NCBI GenBank assembly: GCA_043779525.1
Contig: JAYWED010000031.1
Coordinates: forward strand, 4,240-68,239
From: Candidatus Eiseniibacteriota bacterium
GTDB taxonomy: Bacteria; Eisenbacteria; RBG-16-71-46; SZUA-252
Reading direction: 5' to 3'
Length of the DNA: 64,000 nucleotides
Positions 49,071 through 58,256 of this stretch are shown here, one piece after another (position 1 is the first letter of the stretch; every line of letters begins with the position of its first letter). The notes beneath the pieces are model-generated. The model searched no databases, was not told the origin of the DNA, and saw only the letters and a list, made by a program, of their open reading frames with translations. A program made the translations under genes and the position numbers.

Positions 49071-50359
49071 GATTTGTCGCCCTTCTTGGTTTTCGGCTCT
49101 TCGATCTTCACCTTGCTGCCGGGCTTGAGCTGACGCAGCACCTTGTTGGGGCCCGTGATGACCTTCTCCTTTTCCTTCACGTCTCCGGTGACCTCGAGGT
49201 CGGTGTCGCTCGCGATCCCGGTGCGCACCCTCCGGAACTGCGCGACGCCGTCGACCATCACGAAGACGCCCTTGATCTCTTCGTTCTTCTTCGCCGGCTC
49301 CGGAGGATTGGGCTCGGCCGCGGCCGCGCCTGTGCGCGAGCGGCCCGCCCTCCCCACCTTTGCCTTGGAGAGCTCCTCCGCGGTCCGCACGACCACCGAC
49401 TGGATGGGCACGTGCAGGACGCCCGTCTTGGTTGCGGTCTTGATCTCCACGTCGGCGGTCATTCCCGGCCGAAGCGTGGGCGGCGGGTTATCGATCCTCA
49501 CGTCCACGACGAAATTGGTCTGCTGCTCCTGAGTCCCCAGCTCCGAGATCTTGGGCGAGTTCGCGATCTTGGCGACCCTGCCGGTGAGCGTGGTGTCGGG
49601 CAGCGCGTCCACCTTGACCGTCGCGGTCTGGCCCAGCCGGATCGACGCGACGTCGGTCTCGTCCACATCCGCCTCCACCTTCATGCCGCGGAGATCGGCG
49701 ACGCTCAGCACCACCGTGCCGGGATTGTTCATGGTTCCCACCATGACGATCTCGCCCCGTTCCACGTTGAGCTGGGTCACGGTGCCGTCGATCGGAGAAT
49801 GGAAAATGGTCTTCCTCAGATTGTCCTGGGAGCTCTGAACCGCGGCCGTCGCGCGGGCAACCTCCTCGCGATTCACGTCCGCTCGGGCCTGGTCGGTGTT
49901 GTGCTCCGTGCGCGCGATCTCGATCTCCTCGGGGGAGACGAGCTTCCGCTCGAACAGGGATTCCTTGCGCTTGAGAAGCGACTCCGATCGCTGGAGGGCG
50001 ACCTCGGAGAGGCGGAGGTTGGATTTTGCGGCGTCGAGCGCTGCCTGGCTCTGCCGGAGCTGGGCCTGGTATTGCGTGGCGTCAAGCTGGAGCAGGAACT
50101 GGCCCTTCTTGACCGGGTCCCCCTCCTTCACCGCGAGCCTCACGACTTCGCCCGGCACATTGGCGCTCAGCTTGACCAGGACTTCAGGCTGCACCTTCGC
50201 GGGAGCGCGCACGGTCGACGAGATGTCGCCTAAGGTAACCGGCTCAGCCTGAACTCCCTGGCGTCCGCCCTGCCCCTTCGCGACATTGGCGATGACGATC
50301 GCGGTGAGGAGAATGATTCCTCCTCCGATCAGCAGCCCCCGCTTCACGGCCGGCTTCAT
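49067..50359 (-). CDS. Efflux periplasmic adaptor (membrane fusion protein, HlyD/MacA family)
   Basis: N-terminal TM anchor, long coiled-coil ([20 protein letters not shown]...), beta-barrel and MP domains. Confidence 0.85.
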   Translation of the reverse strand: MKPAVKRGLLIGGGIILLTAIVIANVAKGQGGRQGVQAEPVTLGDISSTVRAPAKVQPEVLVKLSANVPGEVVRLAVKEGDPVKKGQFLLQLDATQYQAQLRQSQAALDAAKSNLRLSEVALQRSESLLKRKESLFERKLVSPEEIEIARTEHNTDQARADVNREEVARATAAVQSSQDNLRKTIFHSPIDGTVTQLNVERGEIVMVGTMNNPGTVVLSVADLRGMKVEADVDETDVASIRLGQTATVKVDALPDTTLTGRVAKIANSPKISELGTQEQQTNFVVDVRIDNPPPTLRPGMTADVEIKTATKTGVLHVPIQSVVVRTAEELSKAKVGRAGRSRTGAAAAEPNPPEPAKKNEEIKGVFVMVDGVAQFRRVRTGIASDTDLEVTGDVKEKEKVITGPNKVLRQLKPGSKVKIEEPKTKKGDKS

Positions 50360-50383
50360 GCTCGGATGGCTCCCTTCATGTCT

Positions 50384-51862
50384 CTAGTAACGTCGCGCGC
50401 CCACGGCGCGTTCCATCGCCGCCTCGGCCACATGGGCGTCGGCCAGGGCCTCGACGTAGCTCTGCTTGGCCTGGGAGAGGCTGACCTCGGCGTTGAGCAG
50501 GTCCAGGATCGTTCCCGCCCCCAGCTCGTAGCGCCCCTTGGAGAAGTTGTAGTCCTCCTGGGCGGAGGCAAGCCCTTCCTTCGCCACGTCGATGCGGTCC
50601 ACGGCTTCGCGCACCGAAAGCCAGGCCTGCTGCACCTCGACCGCCACGTCCACCTCGCGCTGGCGCCGCTCCGCCTCGGCCTCGAGGAGCGTGCCCTTGG
50701 CGGATTTGGCGCCGCCCTCCGTCGCGAACCCGTTGAATACCGGCAGCGACAGCCGCACCTGTCCGAACCATTCGGTCGCATCGTAGGTGTCGTCGAACTG
50801 GCCGAACCCCAGCTGTTCCACGCGGGTCGTATTTCTCGAGCGATCCACCTCGATCGAGCCGGTCACGGAAGGCAGGCGCTTGGCGCGGGCCCCGAAAAGG
50901 CCGGCGCGCGCGGCCCGCTCTGCCGCGGCGGCGCGCGACAGCTCGGGGCGGGTCTGAAGCGCCGTGCTCACCGCCGTGGCGGAATCCGGAAGCACGACGT
51001 TCTCATCCAGCGCCGTGTCGATGAAGAGCGGCGTCCCGGGCTTCAGACCGATCACCTGCTTCAGCTTCGAACGCTGAATCTCGACCTGGTTCACGGCGCG
51101 GATCCGGTCCAGCTGTGTCGTGGCCCGCCGTGCGCGCGCCTTGAGCACGTCTCCACGCGCGACGGTCCCCACTTCAAAGAGGGCCTCGGCGCGCGATTCC
51201 TCATCCCGGGCGAGGCGCTCGGACTCGCGCGATACCTCCGCGAGCCGCTCCGCCTTCACAAGGGTGAAGTATTGCTGCTTGGCGGTGTATACGACGCCGT
51301 TTCGCGCCTCTGCTTCTGATTCGCGGGCGGTCCGGCTCAGGAGATTCTGCCGGTGCTTCTCCGACCAGGCGGGAACGCTCAGGAGATTCGTCTGCACGGC
51401 GGCGGTGGCGATCTTTCGCTGGGTGCGCTTGACCAGGAAGGTCGTCGTGCCCGTCGAGTCCGCCACGATGTAGACGGAATTCCGCTTGTCGGGAATCTGG
51501 TGAGTGTACGACAGGTTCCCGGTCAGGGAAGGCAGGATACCGCTCCAGGCTGAGAGCGCCGACCCCTGCGCCTGCACCGTGCGGGCATGCGCCGCCCTCG
51601 CATCCACGTTCCCTTCCAGGGCGGCAGCGACCACCCGGGCCAGGCTCCAGCGCTCGCCAGGGGGAACCGAAGGCTCCGCCAGACCCGCTCCGCGGTCCAG
51701 CCCGACACCGCCGAATCCAAGACTGTCTGGCGCCGCGGCTGGGGCCGGCGATCCCGGCGCATCTGTCCGGGCCGCGGCCGGCCCGGCCGTCAGAACGAGG
51801 ACCGTCACCGCCACCGCGATCCACATGAGCTTGGACACCCCGCGCGCGCGGGGGCGCCCCAT
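50384..51862 (-). CDS. TolC-like outer-membrane efflux protein (OEP family); start approximate
   Basis: Two OEP repeats with long alpha-helical coiled coils; plausible signal peptide MGRPRARGVSKLMWIAVAVTVLVLTAGPAAA; ORF-track 5' extension discounted because the upstream gene ends at 51952. Confidence 0.75.
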   Translation of the reverse strand: MGRPRARGVSKLMWIAVAVTVLVLTAGPAAARTDAPGSPAPAAAPDSLGFGGVGLDRGAGLAEPSVPPGERWSLARVVAAALEGNVDARAAHARTVQAQGSALSAWSGILPSLTGNLSYTHQIPDKRNSVYIVADSTGTTTFLVKRTQRKIATAAVQTNLLSVPAWSEKHRQNLLSRTARESEAEARNGVVYTAKQQYFTLVKAERLAEVSRESERLARDEESRAEALFEVGTVARGDVLKARARRATTQLDRIRAVNQVEIQRSKLKQVIGLKPGTPLFIDTALDENVVLPDSATAVSTALQTRPELSRAAAAERAARAGLFGARAKRLPSVTGSIEVDRSRNTTRVEQLGFGQFDDTYDATEWFGQVRLSLPVFNGFATEGGAKSAKGTLLEAEAERRQREVDVAVEVQQAWLSVREAVDRIDVAKEGLASAQEDYNFSKGRYELGAGTILDLLNAEVSLSQAKQSYVEALADAHVAEAAMERAVGARRY

Positions 51863-51951
51863 TCCCTCCACCATCGATTCACCTCCCATGGGTTCGGTAA
51901 CTCCATCCATACGCCGTGCGCTCCGCCGGAGTTTCCGCAAGGTGGCCGCGC

Positions 51952-52656
51952 TCAACGCTGAAGCCCCGAGAGGCAGACCAGGATCAGGTAGCCGGGAAGA
52001 ACCGCCAGAAGGCCGAATCCGAAACCCTTGCGCGCCATGGCGGCCACGCCGATCGCCTGGACCGCGGTCGCCCAGAGGAGAAGCGGGTCGGTGGAGGTGT
52101 CCAGAATGCGCGTGAAGGCATTGAGGTCCTCGCCGAGAAACGCGCCGATCCCCATGTGAACCATGAGGGTGCCCCGCCCGAGCGCGAGCCCCATGCGGAC
52201 GATCTGGTCCACGGTGCCCACGACGGCCGCGTAAGAGACAATGCAAAGATAGTGCGCGTATCGCAGCCGGGCCCCGAGCATGAGATTGGCCATGAAGTAG
52301 ATGAGCGCCGCGGAGATGAGGAGCGAGAACGCGAGCACGATCGGTCCCGCGACCGCGAACACGTACTTGAGCGGCCCGTCCATGGCTTTGGTGACCGCGT
52401 CGATCTGTTCGGGAGCGGTGTTCTTCGCCTCGAGTTTGGCGATCGTGTCGTTCTTCAAGATTCCCGACTGCGCGAGCACCATGCCGAAGGCGAGTTGAAA
52501 CAGCACGACGACCAGGATCGGCGCGAAAAAGCTCGGCCTGGCCACGAGCGACTCGAAGGTCGCCTTAGGCTTGGTGAAGACGCCGATGATTCGTCCCAGG
52601 GCGGACATCGGCGGCGCCTCCGGACCGGGCTCGATCTGCACGACATCGGTGTTCAT
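51952..52656 (-). CDS. Yip1-domain (DUF1282-like) multi-pass membrane protein
   Basis: ~5 TM helices after short N-terminal cytoplasmic segment; start taken at MNTDVVQIEPG. Confidence 0.5.
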   Translation of the reverse strand: MNTDVVQIEPGPEAPPMSALGRIIGVFTKPKATFESLVARPSFFAPILVVVLFQLAFGMVLAQSGILKNDTIAKLEAKNTAPEQIDAVTKAMDGPLKYVFAVAGPIVLAFSLLISAALIYFMANLMLGARLRYAHYLCIVSYAAVVGTVDQIVRMGLALGRGTLMVHMGIGAFLGEDLNAFTRILDTSTDPLLLWATAVQAIGVAAMARKGFGFGLLAVLPGYLILVCLSGLQR

Positions 52657-52672
52657 ATTGTCCCCCAATGCA

Positions 52673-53419
52673 TTATAGATGAACATTCAGGCGAAAGTTG
52701 AACGGAACCGCGACCGTGCACATGACCGGAATTCCCTGCTGGGAGCCGGGGCTGAAGCGGAAGTGGTACAAGGCGTCCACCGCGGACTGGACCAGGATCT
52801 CCGGCGCGGTCGATTGCGCCACCCACACGCGAACCACGCGCCCACCCGGGTCCACGTTCGCGTTCAGAACGACCGTCCCTTCGGCGACCTGCGCCATTGC
52901 CGCGACCGAGTATTCCGGCACGACGCGCGCGAGGACCTGCGGCGGCGAATCGAACGCGTAGAAGACCGAGGGCGTTTCGTCGCCGGCTCCGGAGCCAGCT
53001 CCGGAGCCGGTGCCGCCAGCGCCCGAGCCTCCCGCGCCCGCACCCCCGTCGCTCTGAGAGTCGGCGCCCCGGCCCCGGCGCTCCGCATTACCGATCGGCT
53101 TCTCCGGAGTGGCCTGCGTCTCCAGGCGGAGCTGCTCGGTGAGGACCGCCGGACCCCGCCGCGCGGCCGGATCGACGACCGGGCGCGGCGCCTCGGCCGC
53201 TCTGCCCGGGGCGACCGAAGCATCCCCGCCCGCGGCACCGGAGCCGCCCGCCGCCACGAGCCGGAGCGGTGAAGCGTCGAGCCGGTAGGGCCGCGGGACG
53301 TAAGGGGGCGCGAGCACGAGAACGGCCGCGTGGAGCGCCAGCGCGACCAGAACGGCGACCTCGAGCCGCAGGTTGTACCCGCGCTCCAGCGCGTTTGCGT
53401 CGTGCCCCGAGAAGGTCAT
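52673..53419 (-). CDS. tonB: Energy transducer TonB (module 2)
   Basis: N-terminal TM, Gly/Ala/Ser/Pro-rich linker, C-terminal TonB domain ...YSVAAMAQVAEGTVVLNANVDPGGRVVRVWV...FRFSPG. Confidence 0.7.
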   Translation of the reverse strand: MTFSGHDANALERGYNLRLEVAVLVALALHAAVLVLAPPYVPRPYRLDASPLRLVAAGGSGAAGGDASVAPGRAAEAPRPVVDPAARRGPAVLTEQLRLETQATPEKPIGNAERRGRGADSQSDGGAGAGGSGAGGTGSGAGSGAGDETPSVFYAFDSPPQVLARVVPEYSVAAMAQVAEGTVVLNANVDPGGRVVRVWVAQSTAPEILVQSAVDALYHFRFSPGSQQGIPVMCTVAVPFNFRLNVHL

Positions 53420-53826
53420 CGCGCCCGGGACCGTTCGGTCGTGAGCAGCACGCGCGCGGCGTGCGCCCGCTCCACCTCGTCCAGGACGCGAGCCACCGTG
53501 CCGTAGGGCACGCGGGCGTCCGCGTAGAGGGCGATGGAGAGCGACGGGTTCGCGGCCAGCTTCGCCGCGAGCGTGTCCCCGACGCGCTCCATCGGCACCG
53601 AAGCGTCATTGAACGCCACCTCTCCGCGAGGACCGACCCAGACGCGAATCACGCGCTCCCGCTGGAAGTGCTCCCCGGTCGTGGCGCCCGGAAGCTGGAC
53701 CGAAAGCGCTTCCCGCGACTTGAAGATCGTGGTGCTGAGAAAGAAAATCAGCAGGAGCATGGCGATGTCGGCCATGGAAGCGGTCGGAATCACATTGTGA
53801 TGACGCGCCCGCCGCCGGATCCTCAC
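53416..53826 (-). CDS. exbD: Biopolymer transport protein ExbD/TolR (module 2, copy b)
   Basis: MADIAMLLLIFFLSTTIF TM + periplasmic domain. Confidence 0.8.
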   Translation of the reverse strand: MRIRRRARHHNVIPTASMADIAMLLLIFFLSTTIFKSREALSVQLPGATTGEHFQRERVIRVWVGPRGEVAFNDASVPMERVGDTLAAKLAANPSLSIALYADARVPYGTVARVLDEVERAHAARVLLTTERSRAR

Positions 53827-54230
53827 GGCGCGGCCTTGGTCTGGATCGAGACCTGGCGCGCGCCGGCCAGCTTGACCTGGTCGAGAGCCTCCACAAGCGA
53901 GGCGTAGGGCGCCCGCTCGTCCACCAGGAGAATCAGGAGGAGGTCCGGCGTTCCCCGGAGCTTCATCCGGATCGCGCCTCCGAGCGCGTCCATCGGGACG
54001 GCCACGCCGTCGAGCGCCACCGATTCGTCCGCCGCCACGATCACGCGCGCCGTCTTCGCGGATGCGACCACGAGCGGCGGCTCGCCGGGACGCGGCAGCT
54101 CGAGGGAAATCCCGCGCTGGGTCGCGAAGATGGTCGTCGAGAGGAAGAAGATCAGGAGCAGGAACGAGACGTCCGCCGTGGACACGAGCGGAATCTCGGG
54201 ATGAGGATGGCGCCGCTTGAGGATCTTCAT
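53823..54230 (-). CDS. exbD: Biopolymer transport protein ExbD/TolR (module 2, copy a)
   Basis: VSTADVSFLLLIFFLSTTIF; start taken at MKILKRR. Confidence 0.75.
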   Translation of the reverse strand: MKILKRRHPHPEIPLVSTADVSFLLLIFFLSTTIFATQRGISLELPRPGEPPLVVASAKTARVIVAADESVALDGVAVPMDALGGAIRMKLRGTPDLLLILLVDERAPYASLVEALDQVKLAGARQVSIQTKAAP

Positions 54231-55021
54231 CGCGGCGAGGGAGTCCCCGGCGGCTTCAAGGTCGAGAGAAACGTCTCCCATTGCCTGGAGTAGGTGGCGA
54301 CGGCGTCGATCAGCTCCGCGCCCGACTCCTCCATGTCGATCACGAACTTGTCGATCCGCGAGACGAAGTAGTTGTGCGCCGTCTGGACCGGGATCGCCAC
54401 GATCAGCCCCGCCGCGGTCGTGATCAGCGCTTCGTAGATCCCGGTGGCCACGAGCTTCGCGGAGACCTCCTCGGCCCCGGCGATCGCCTCGAAGGCGTGG
54501 ATCATTCCGGACACGGTGCCCAGGAATCCGAGAAGAGGCGCTATGTTCGCGACGGTCGCGAGCCAGATCAGGCCGCGCTCCAGGCCCGCTGTGTGGATGG
54601 AGGCCGCGGTCTCGATCGCCTTCTCCACGGCCTCGGGCCCCTTTTTCGCGCGAAGCAGCCCGGAATGGAGAACCGCGGCGATCGGGCCGCGCTTCGAGTG
54701 AAGCATCCGCTGCGCGGCCTCGAAGCCCTCGTCCTGCAGGACACGAAGCAACTCCCCCATCAGGCGCCTGGTGTCGGTGCGCGCCTTGGCGAAGAAATAG
54801 AGCCTCTCGAGGATGATGGCGAGGCCGAGGACCGAGCAGAGAAGAATGGGGTGCATGAAGACCCCGCCCGTGACGTAGAGCTCGATCAGCCCGCTCTCAT
54901 TCGGAACGCGGCCGCCGGCGCCGGTCTTGGCCCAGGCGACAGCGGCCAGGAAAAGCCCCGAAAAGGCTATGGGCGCGATCCGGAACCACTTGGGGAAGCG
55001 GAACTTGGGGCGGATAGCCAT
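54227..55021 (-). CDS. exbB: MotA/TolQ/ExbB proton-channel protein (module 2)
   Basis: 3 TM; conserved C-terminal ...VANIAPLLGFLGTVSGMIHAFEAIA...ATGIYEALITTAAGLIVAIP. Confidence 0.85.
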   Translation of the reverse strand: MAIRPKFRFPKWFRIAPIAFSGLFLAAVAWAKTGAGGRVPNESGLIELYVTGGVFMHPILLCSVLGLAIILERLYFFAKARTDTRRLMGELLRVLQDEGFEAAQRMLHSKRGPIAAVLHSGLLRAKKGPEAVEKAIETAASIHTAGLERGLIWLATVANIAPLLGFLGTVSGMIHAFEAIAGAEEVSAKLVATGIYEALITTAAGLIVAIPVQTAHNYFVSRIDKFVIDMEESGAELIDAVATYSRQWETFLSTLKPPGTPSPR

Positions 55022-55272
55022 GTCCGGGGAGACTAGCCCCGCACCCTCGGAGTGTCAAAAGGAAAGTCCCGGGCCTCCGCCGAGCTGAAACGAGATAGGG
55101 ATCTCGACCCAGATCGGCGGGGCCACCCAGAAACGGGGGCGGCGGTGACGCGAGAGCGGATGCCATGACGGCTGCTCCATCCCGGCGGATCGAAGCAAGA
55201 AAGGCCTGTCCGGGGGGGGACAGGCCTCGATACAAACGATCGGCGGGCGGCAGCGCCGCGCGCCGGAACGCG

Positions 55273-56001
55273 CTAGAAGTGGAAGTCCATGGGGACCTCG
55301 ACCCAAACCGCCACCGGCTTGTTGTTGCTCAGCGCCGGCTTGAACACCCACTTCTTGATCGCTTCCACCGCGGCATCGTCCAGACCCTTCACGCCCTTGA
55401 TCACCTTGACGTTCTTCACCTTGCCATCCTTGCCCACCAGCACGTGGAGCGTCACCTTGCCCTGGATCTGCGCCTCGCGCGCGAACTCGGGATATGAGGG
55501 CTCCACGCGGATGATCGGAGTCGGCTCGTCCTCGTAGTACACGAACTCCCCTTCGTTGGGCATTTCATCGGAGGCGATCACGAGACTGTCCTTGCCCGAC
55601 CCGCTGAGGCCGACCGGCGTGTTCATAGCGGCGATCTCCTGCTGGGTGCTGATCGTCTGCTCCGGCGCGAGCGCATCGGCTACCGGCACCGGCGTTCCGA
55701 TGGTCGGCTTCACGATGGGCTGATTCGGGATGACCGGCGGCGGGGGCGCGTCCGAGAGCGGGGGCGGGGGCGGCATGGTCTGCATGCGGATCACGCGTCC
55801 CGTGTACTCCACCTCGTCCTTCGGGTGCCAGAGCGTCGTCGCGACGTAGATCCCGACGAGCCCCAGGTGGATCGCGGCGGAGATGATGAGCGCCTTGCGC
55901 AGCATCCGCTGCGAGTTCGCCTTGAGATCGGCCGCGCCGATCGGAATCCTCTGGGTCGTATCCGTGAAACCCGACGTGGTCATTGCTCCCGTCGCCGTCA
56001 C
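55273..56001 (-). CDS. tonB: Energy transducer TonB (module 1)
   Basis: TM ALIISAAIHLGLVGIYV, Pro-rich PPPPPLSDAPPPPVIP, C-terminal ...AQIQGKVTLHVLVGKDGKVKNVKVIKG...WVFKPA. Confidence 0.7.
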   Translation of the reverse strand: MTATGAMTTSGFTDTTQRIPIGAADLKANSQRMLRKALIISAAIHLGLVGIYVATTLWHPKDEVEYTGRVIRMQTMPPPPPLSDAPPPPVIPNQPIVKPTIGTPVPVADALAPEQTISTQQEIAAMNTPVGLSGSGKDSLVIASDEMPNEGEFVYYEDEPTPIIRVEPSYPEFAREAQIQGKVTLHVLVGKDGKVKNVKVIKGVKGLDDAAVEAIKKWVFKPALSNNKPVAVWVEVPMDFHF

Positions 56002-56507
56002 AGCGTCTCGACCTCCTTCTTCTCCTCCGGAGTCAGCGGCGCCAGCGAGAACCGGTTCAGCTCGGCGAACTGGAGCTGATCGATGATGTCTACCATGTAG
56101 CGGTACTTCGCCTTCCGATCAATCTTGACCAGCACCACGAGCTTCGGGTTCTTCTTCCCCTCGGCTGCGAAAATGGGCTGGAGCTTGCTGATACTCACTT
56201 CCGTGAACGGGTCCTTGGCCAGCCTCCAGAAGGCCCTCGCCTCGCCGACGCTGTCGGCAGGCGCGATGACGCGGAGCGTCATGACGTTGGATTCCGCGAT
56301 CTCCACCTTCGCGTGGGGATCGGGCGGGAGATTTATTTCCAGAGCTTGCGGCTTCCGGAATACGGTGGTGCACATGAAAAAGATCAGGAGGAGGAACGCC
56401 ACGTCCACCATGGGGGTCATGTCGATCTTGACCCCGATGCGCTTCGGCTTGCGCCGTCTGCCCTTCTTGTGTTTTACGCCTGATTCAGGGGTGTCTACGG
56501 CACCCAT
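55998..56507 (-). CDS. exbD: Biopolymer transport protein ExbD/TolR (module 1, copy b)
   Basis: IDMTPMVDVAFLLLIFFMCTTVF. Confidence 0.8.
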   Translation of the reverse strand: MGAVDTPESGVKHKKGRRRKPKRIGVKIDMTPMVDVAFLLLIFFMCTTVFRKPQALEINLPPDPHAKVEIAESNVMTLRVIAPADSVGEARAFWRLAKDPFTEVSISKLQPIFAAEGKKNPKLVVLVKIDRKAKYRYMVDIIDQLQFAELNRFSLAPLTPEEKKEVETL

Positions 56508-56541
56508 CGGAGCGAGCTCCTTCCGGTCTCAGCCGCGCGGG

Positions 56542-56985
56542 TCAATGCGTCAGCGCGGATTTCTTACTGGTCACCAGCTCCGTGACCAGGCAGAAGGTGA
56601 TCGTATTGGTCTTCTGCATCACGGCCATGATGTCTTCCATCGTTCCGTAGTCGCTGATCTTGTCCGCCTTGATGGCGACGCGAAGGCGCGGGTTACGGCG
56701 GCGCTGGTCGGTCACGATTGTCTCTAGATTTGCCATGTCCGTGAACTCCTGGGGCTTCTTTCCGATCTGATAGAGAATCTGGTTCTCCTTGCCAACGCCG
56801 ATCGTCATCACGTCCGACTCCGGCACTTTCAGGTTCGAATGGCTGTCCGGAATCGTGATCGGCAGCTTCTGCGGCGGATCGAACTGCGAGGTGGACATGA
56901 AGAAGATCAACAAGAGAAACGCCACGTCCACCATGGGCGTCATGTCGATCTTGACGCCGATCCGGCGCATCTTCTTGGCGGCCAT
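56542..56985 (-). CDS. exbD: Biopolymer transport protein ExbD/TolR (module 1, copy a)
   Basis: IDMTPMVDVAFLLLIFFMSTSQF; Lys-rich, lower GC than module 2. Confidence 0.8.
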   Translation of the reverse strand: MAAKKMRRIGVKIDMTPMVDVAFLLLIFFMSTSQFDPPQKLPITIPDSHSNLKVPESDVMTIGVGKENQILYQIGKKPQEFTDMANLETIVTDQRRRNPRLRVAIKADKISDYGTMEDIMAVMQKTNTITFCLVTELVTSKKSALTH

Positions 56986-57690
56986 TTACTTCGTCGCCTC
57001 TTTCATGGAAAGCACCTCGACGACCTCGACGCTGGCCTCGTCCATCATGTAGTTGAAGTTGTCGATCATCGTGACGAACACGTTGTACAGAACGATCGAG
57101 AAGATGGCGACGAAGAGCCCGCCGGCCGTGTTCACGAGCGCTTCGGAGATTCCGAGCGCCAGTTTCACGGCGTCCACCGAGCCGGTGTGGCCCAGAGCGG
57201 CGAAGGAGCGGATCATCCCGATGACCGTTCCAAGGAGCCCGACCATCGTGGCGATCGAGGCGATCGTCGCGAGCGCGATCAGGTTGCGCTCGAGGAGCGG
57301 CACCTCGAGCATGTTCGCTTCTTCCATCGCCTTCTGCACTTCCTCCATGCGGGTTTTCAGATCGAGATTCACGTTGCGGATGACGGCGTACCGGTCGAGC
57401 CCGGCGCGGAGCACGTTTGCGAGCGAGCCGCGCTGTTTGGCGCAGAGGGCGGCGGCGCCTTCGATGTCCATGGCGTCGATCTTCTGCCGGATCTGCCGCA
57501 TGAACGCCGGGACCGGCATCGTGCCGCGGGCCCGGCTCAGCGTGAAGAGCCGCTCGAACGTCAGGGTCACCGACATGATCGAGAGCATGATGAGAAGCGC
57601 GACCAGCGGTCCGCCCTTCTTGATGTAATCCGGAAGGAAATTGTAGACCACGATCGCGATGACGAGCGCGACGACGGCCACAATCGTCAT
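56986..57690 (-). CDS. exbB: MotA/TolQ/ExbB proton-channel protein (module 1)
   Basis: Start at MTIVAVVALVIAIVVYNF preceded by AAGGA SD; ...IASIATMVGLLGTVIGMIRSFAAL...SEALVNTAGGLFVAIFSIVLYN. Confidence 0.85.
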   Translation of the reverse strand: MTIVAVVALVIAIVVYNFLPDYIKKGGPLVALLIMLSIMSVTLTFERLFTLSRARGTMPVPAFMRQIRQKIDAMDIEGAAALCAKQRGSLANVLRAGLDRYAVIRNVNLDLKTRMEEVQKAMEEANMLEVPLLERNLIALATIASIATMVGLLGTVIGMIRSFAALGHTGSVDAVKLALGISEALVNTAGGLFVAIFSIVLYNVFVTMIDNFNYMMDEASVEVVEVLSMKEATK

Positions 57691-57860
57691 GAACAATCCT
57701 TGTTTCACCGAATCCTCCTCCTCTTCCAGTTGGGCGAGCCGCTTACCGTGCAGGCAGCTGCTCGAGACGACATGAGGGGAACCCTTTTGAAGCTCAACGC
57801 GGCTCTGCCAGAAGCCGGGCCTCAAGTATGCTACCAAGAGCCCCCCTCCGGCAACCCCGC

Positions 57861-58199
57861 CTATTCGAAGCTCTTCAAGGCGTCCTTCTCCGTATCGTAC
57901 ACCTCGAATACCAGCGAGAGCTTGGTCACGACGAAGATGTTCTGGATCTTCTTGTCCACCGCCGCCAGCTTCATCTTGGCGCCCCGTTTGGCGTAGCTCG
58001 TATGCCCCCCGATGAGGACGCCGAGAGAGACGCTGTTCATGAAGGTGGTCTTCTCCAGATTGATCAGGAGCTTCTTGTTCCCGGCCTCCGTCAGCTCCCG
58101 GATCTTGCCCTGGAGCTCGTCGGTCTCCTTGCCTCCGAGAAGCATCCCCTTCGGCGTGAGCACCGTGACATCGCCGACCGTTCGAACATCCAGACTCAT
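57861..58199 (-). CDS. STAS-domain protein (SpoIIAA-like anti-sigma-factor antagonist)
   Basis: MSLDVRTVGDVTVLTPKGMLLGGKETDELQGKIRELTEAGNKKLLINLEKTTFMNSVSLGVLIG... with Ser at the position of the phosphorylatable SpoIIAA serine. Confidence 0.6.
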   Translation of the reverse strand: MSLDVRTVGDVTVLTPKGMLLGGKETDELQGKIRELTEAGNKKLLINLEKTTFMNSVSLGVLIGGHTSYAKRGAKMKLAAVDKKIQNIFVVTKLSLVFEVYDTEKDALKSFE

Positions 58200-58256
58200 C
58201 GTTCCCTCCCTCTCCGCCTCCGCGGCTTTGGACCGCCTGGCCTAGGGGTCGTGGCC

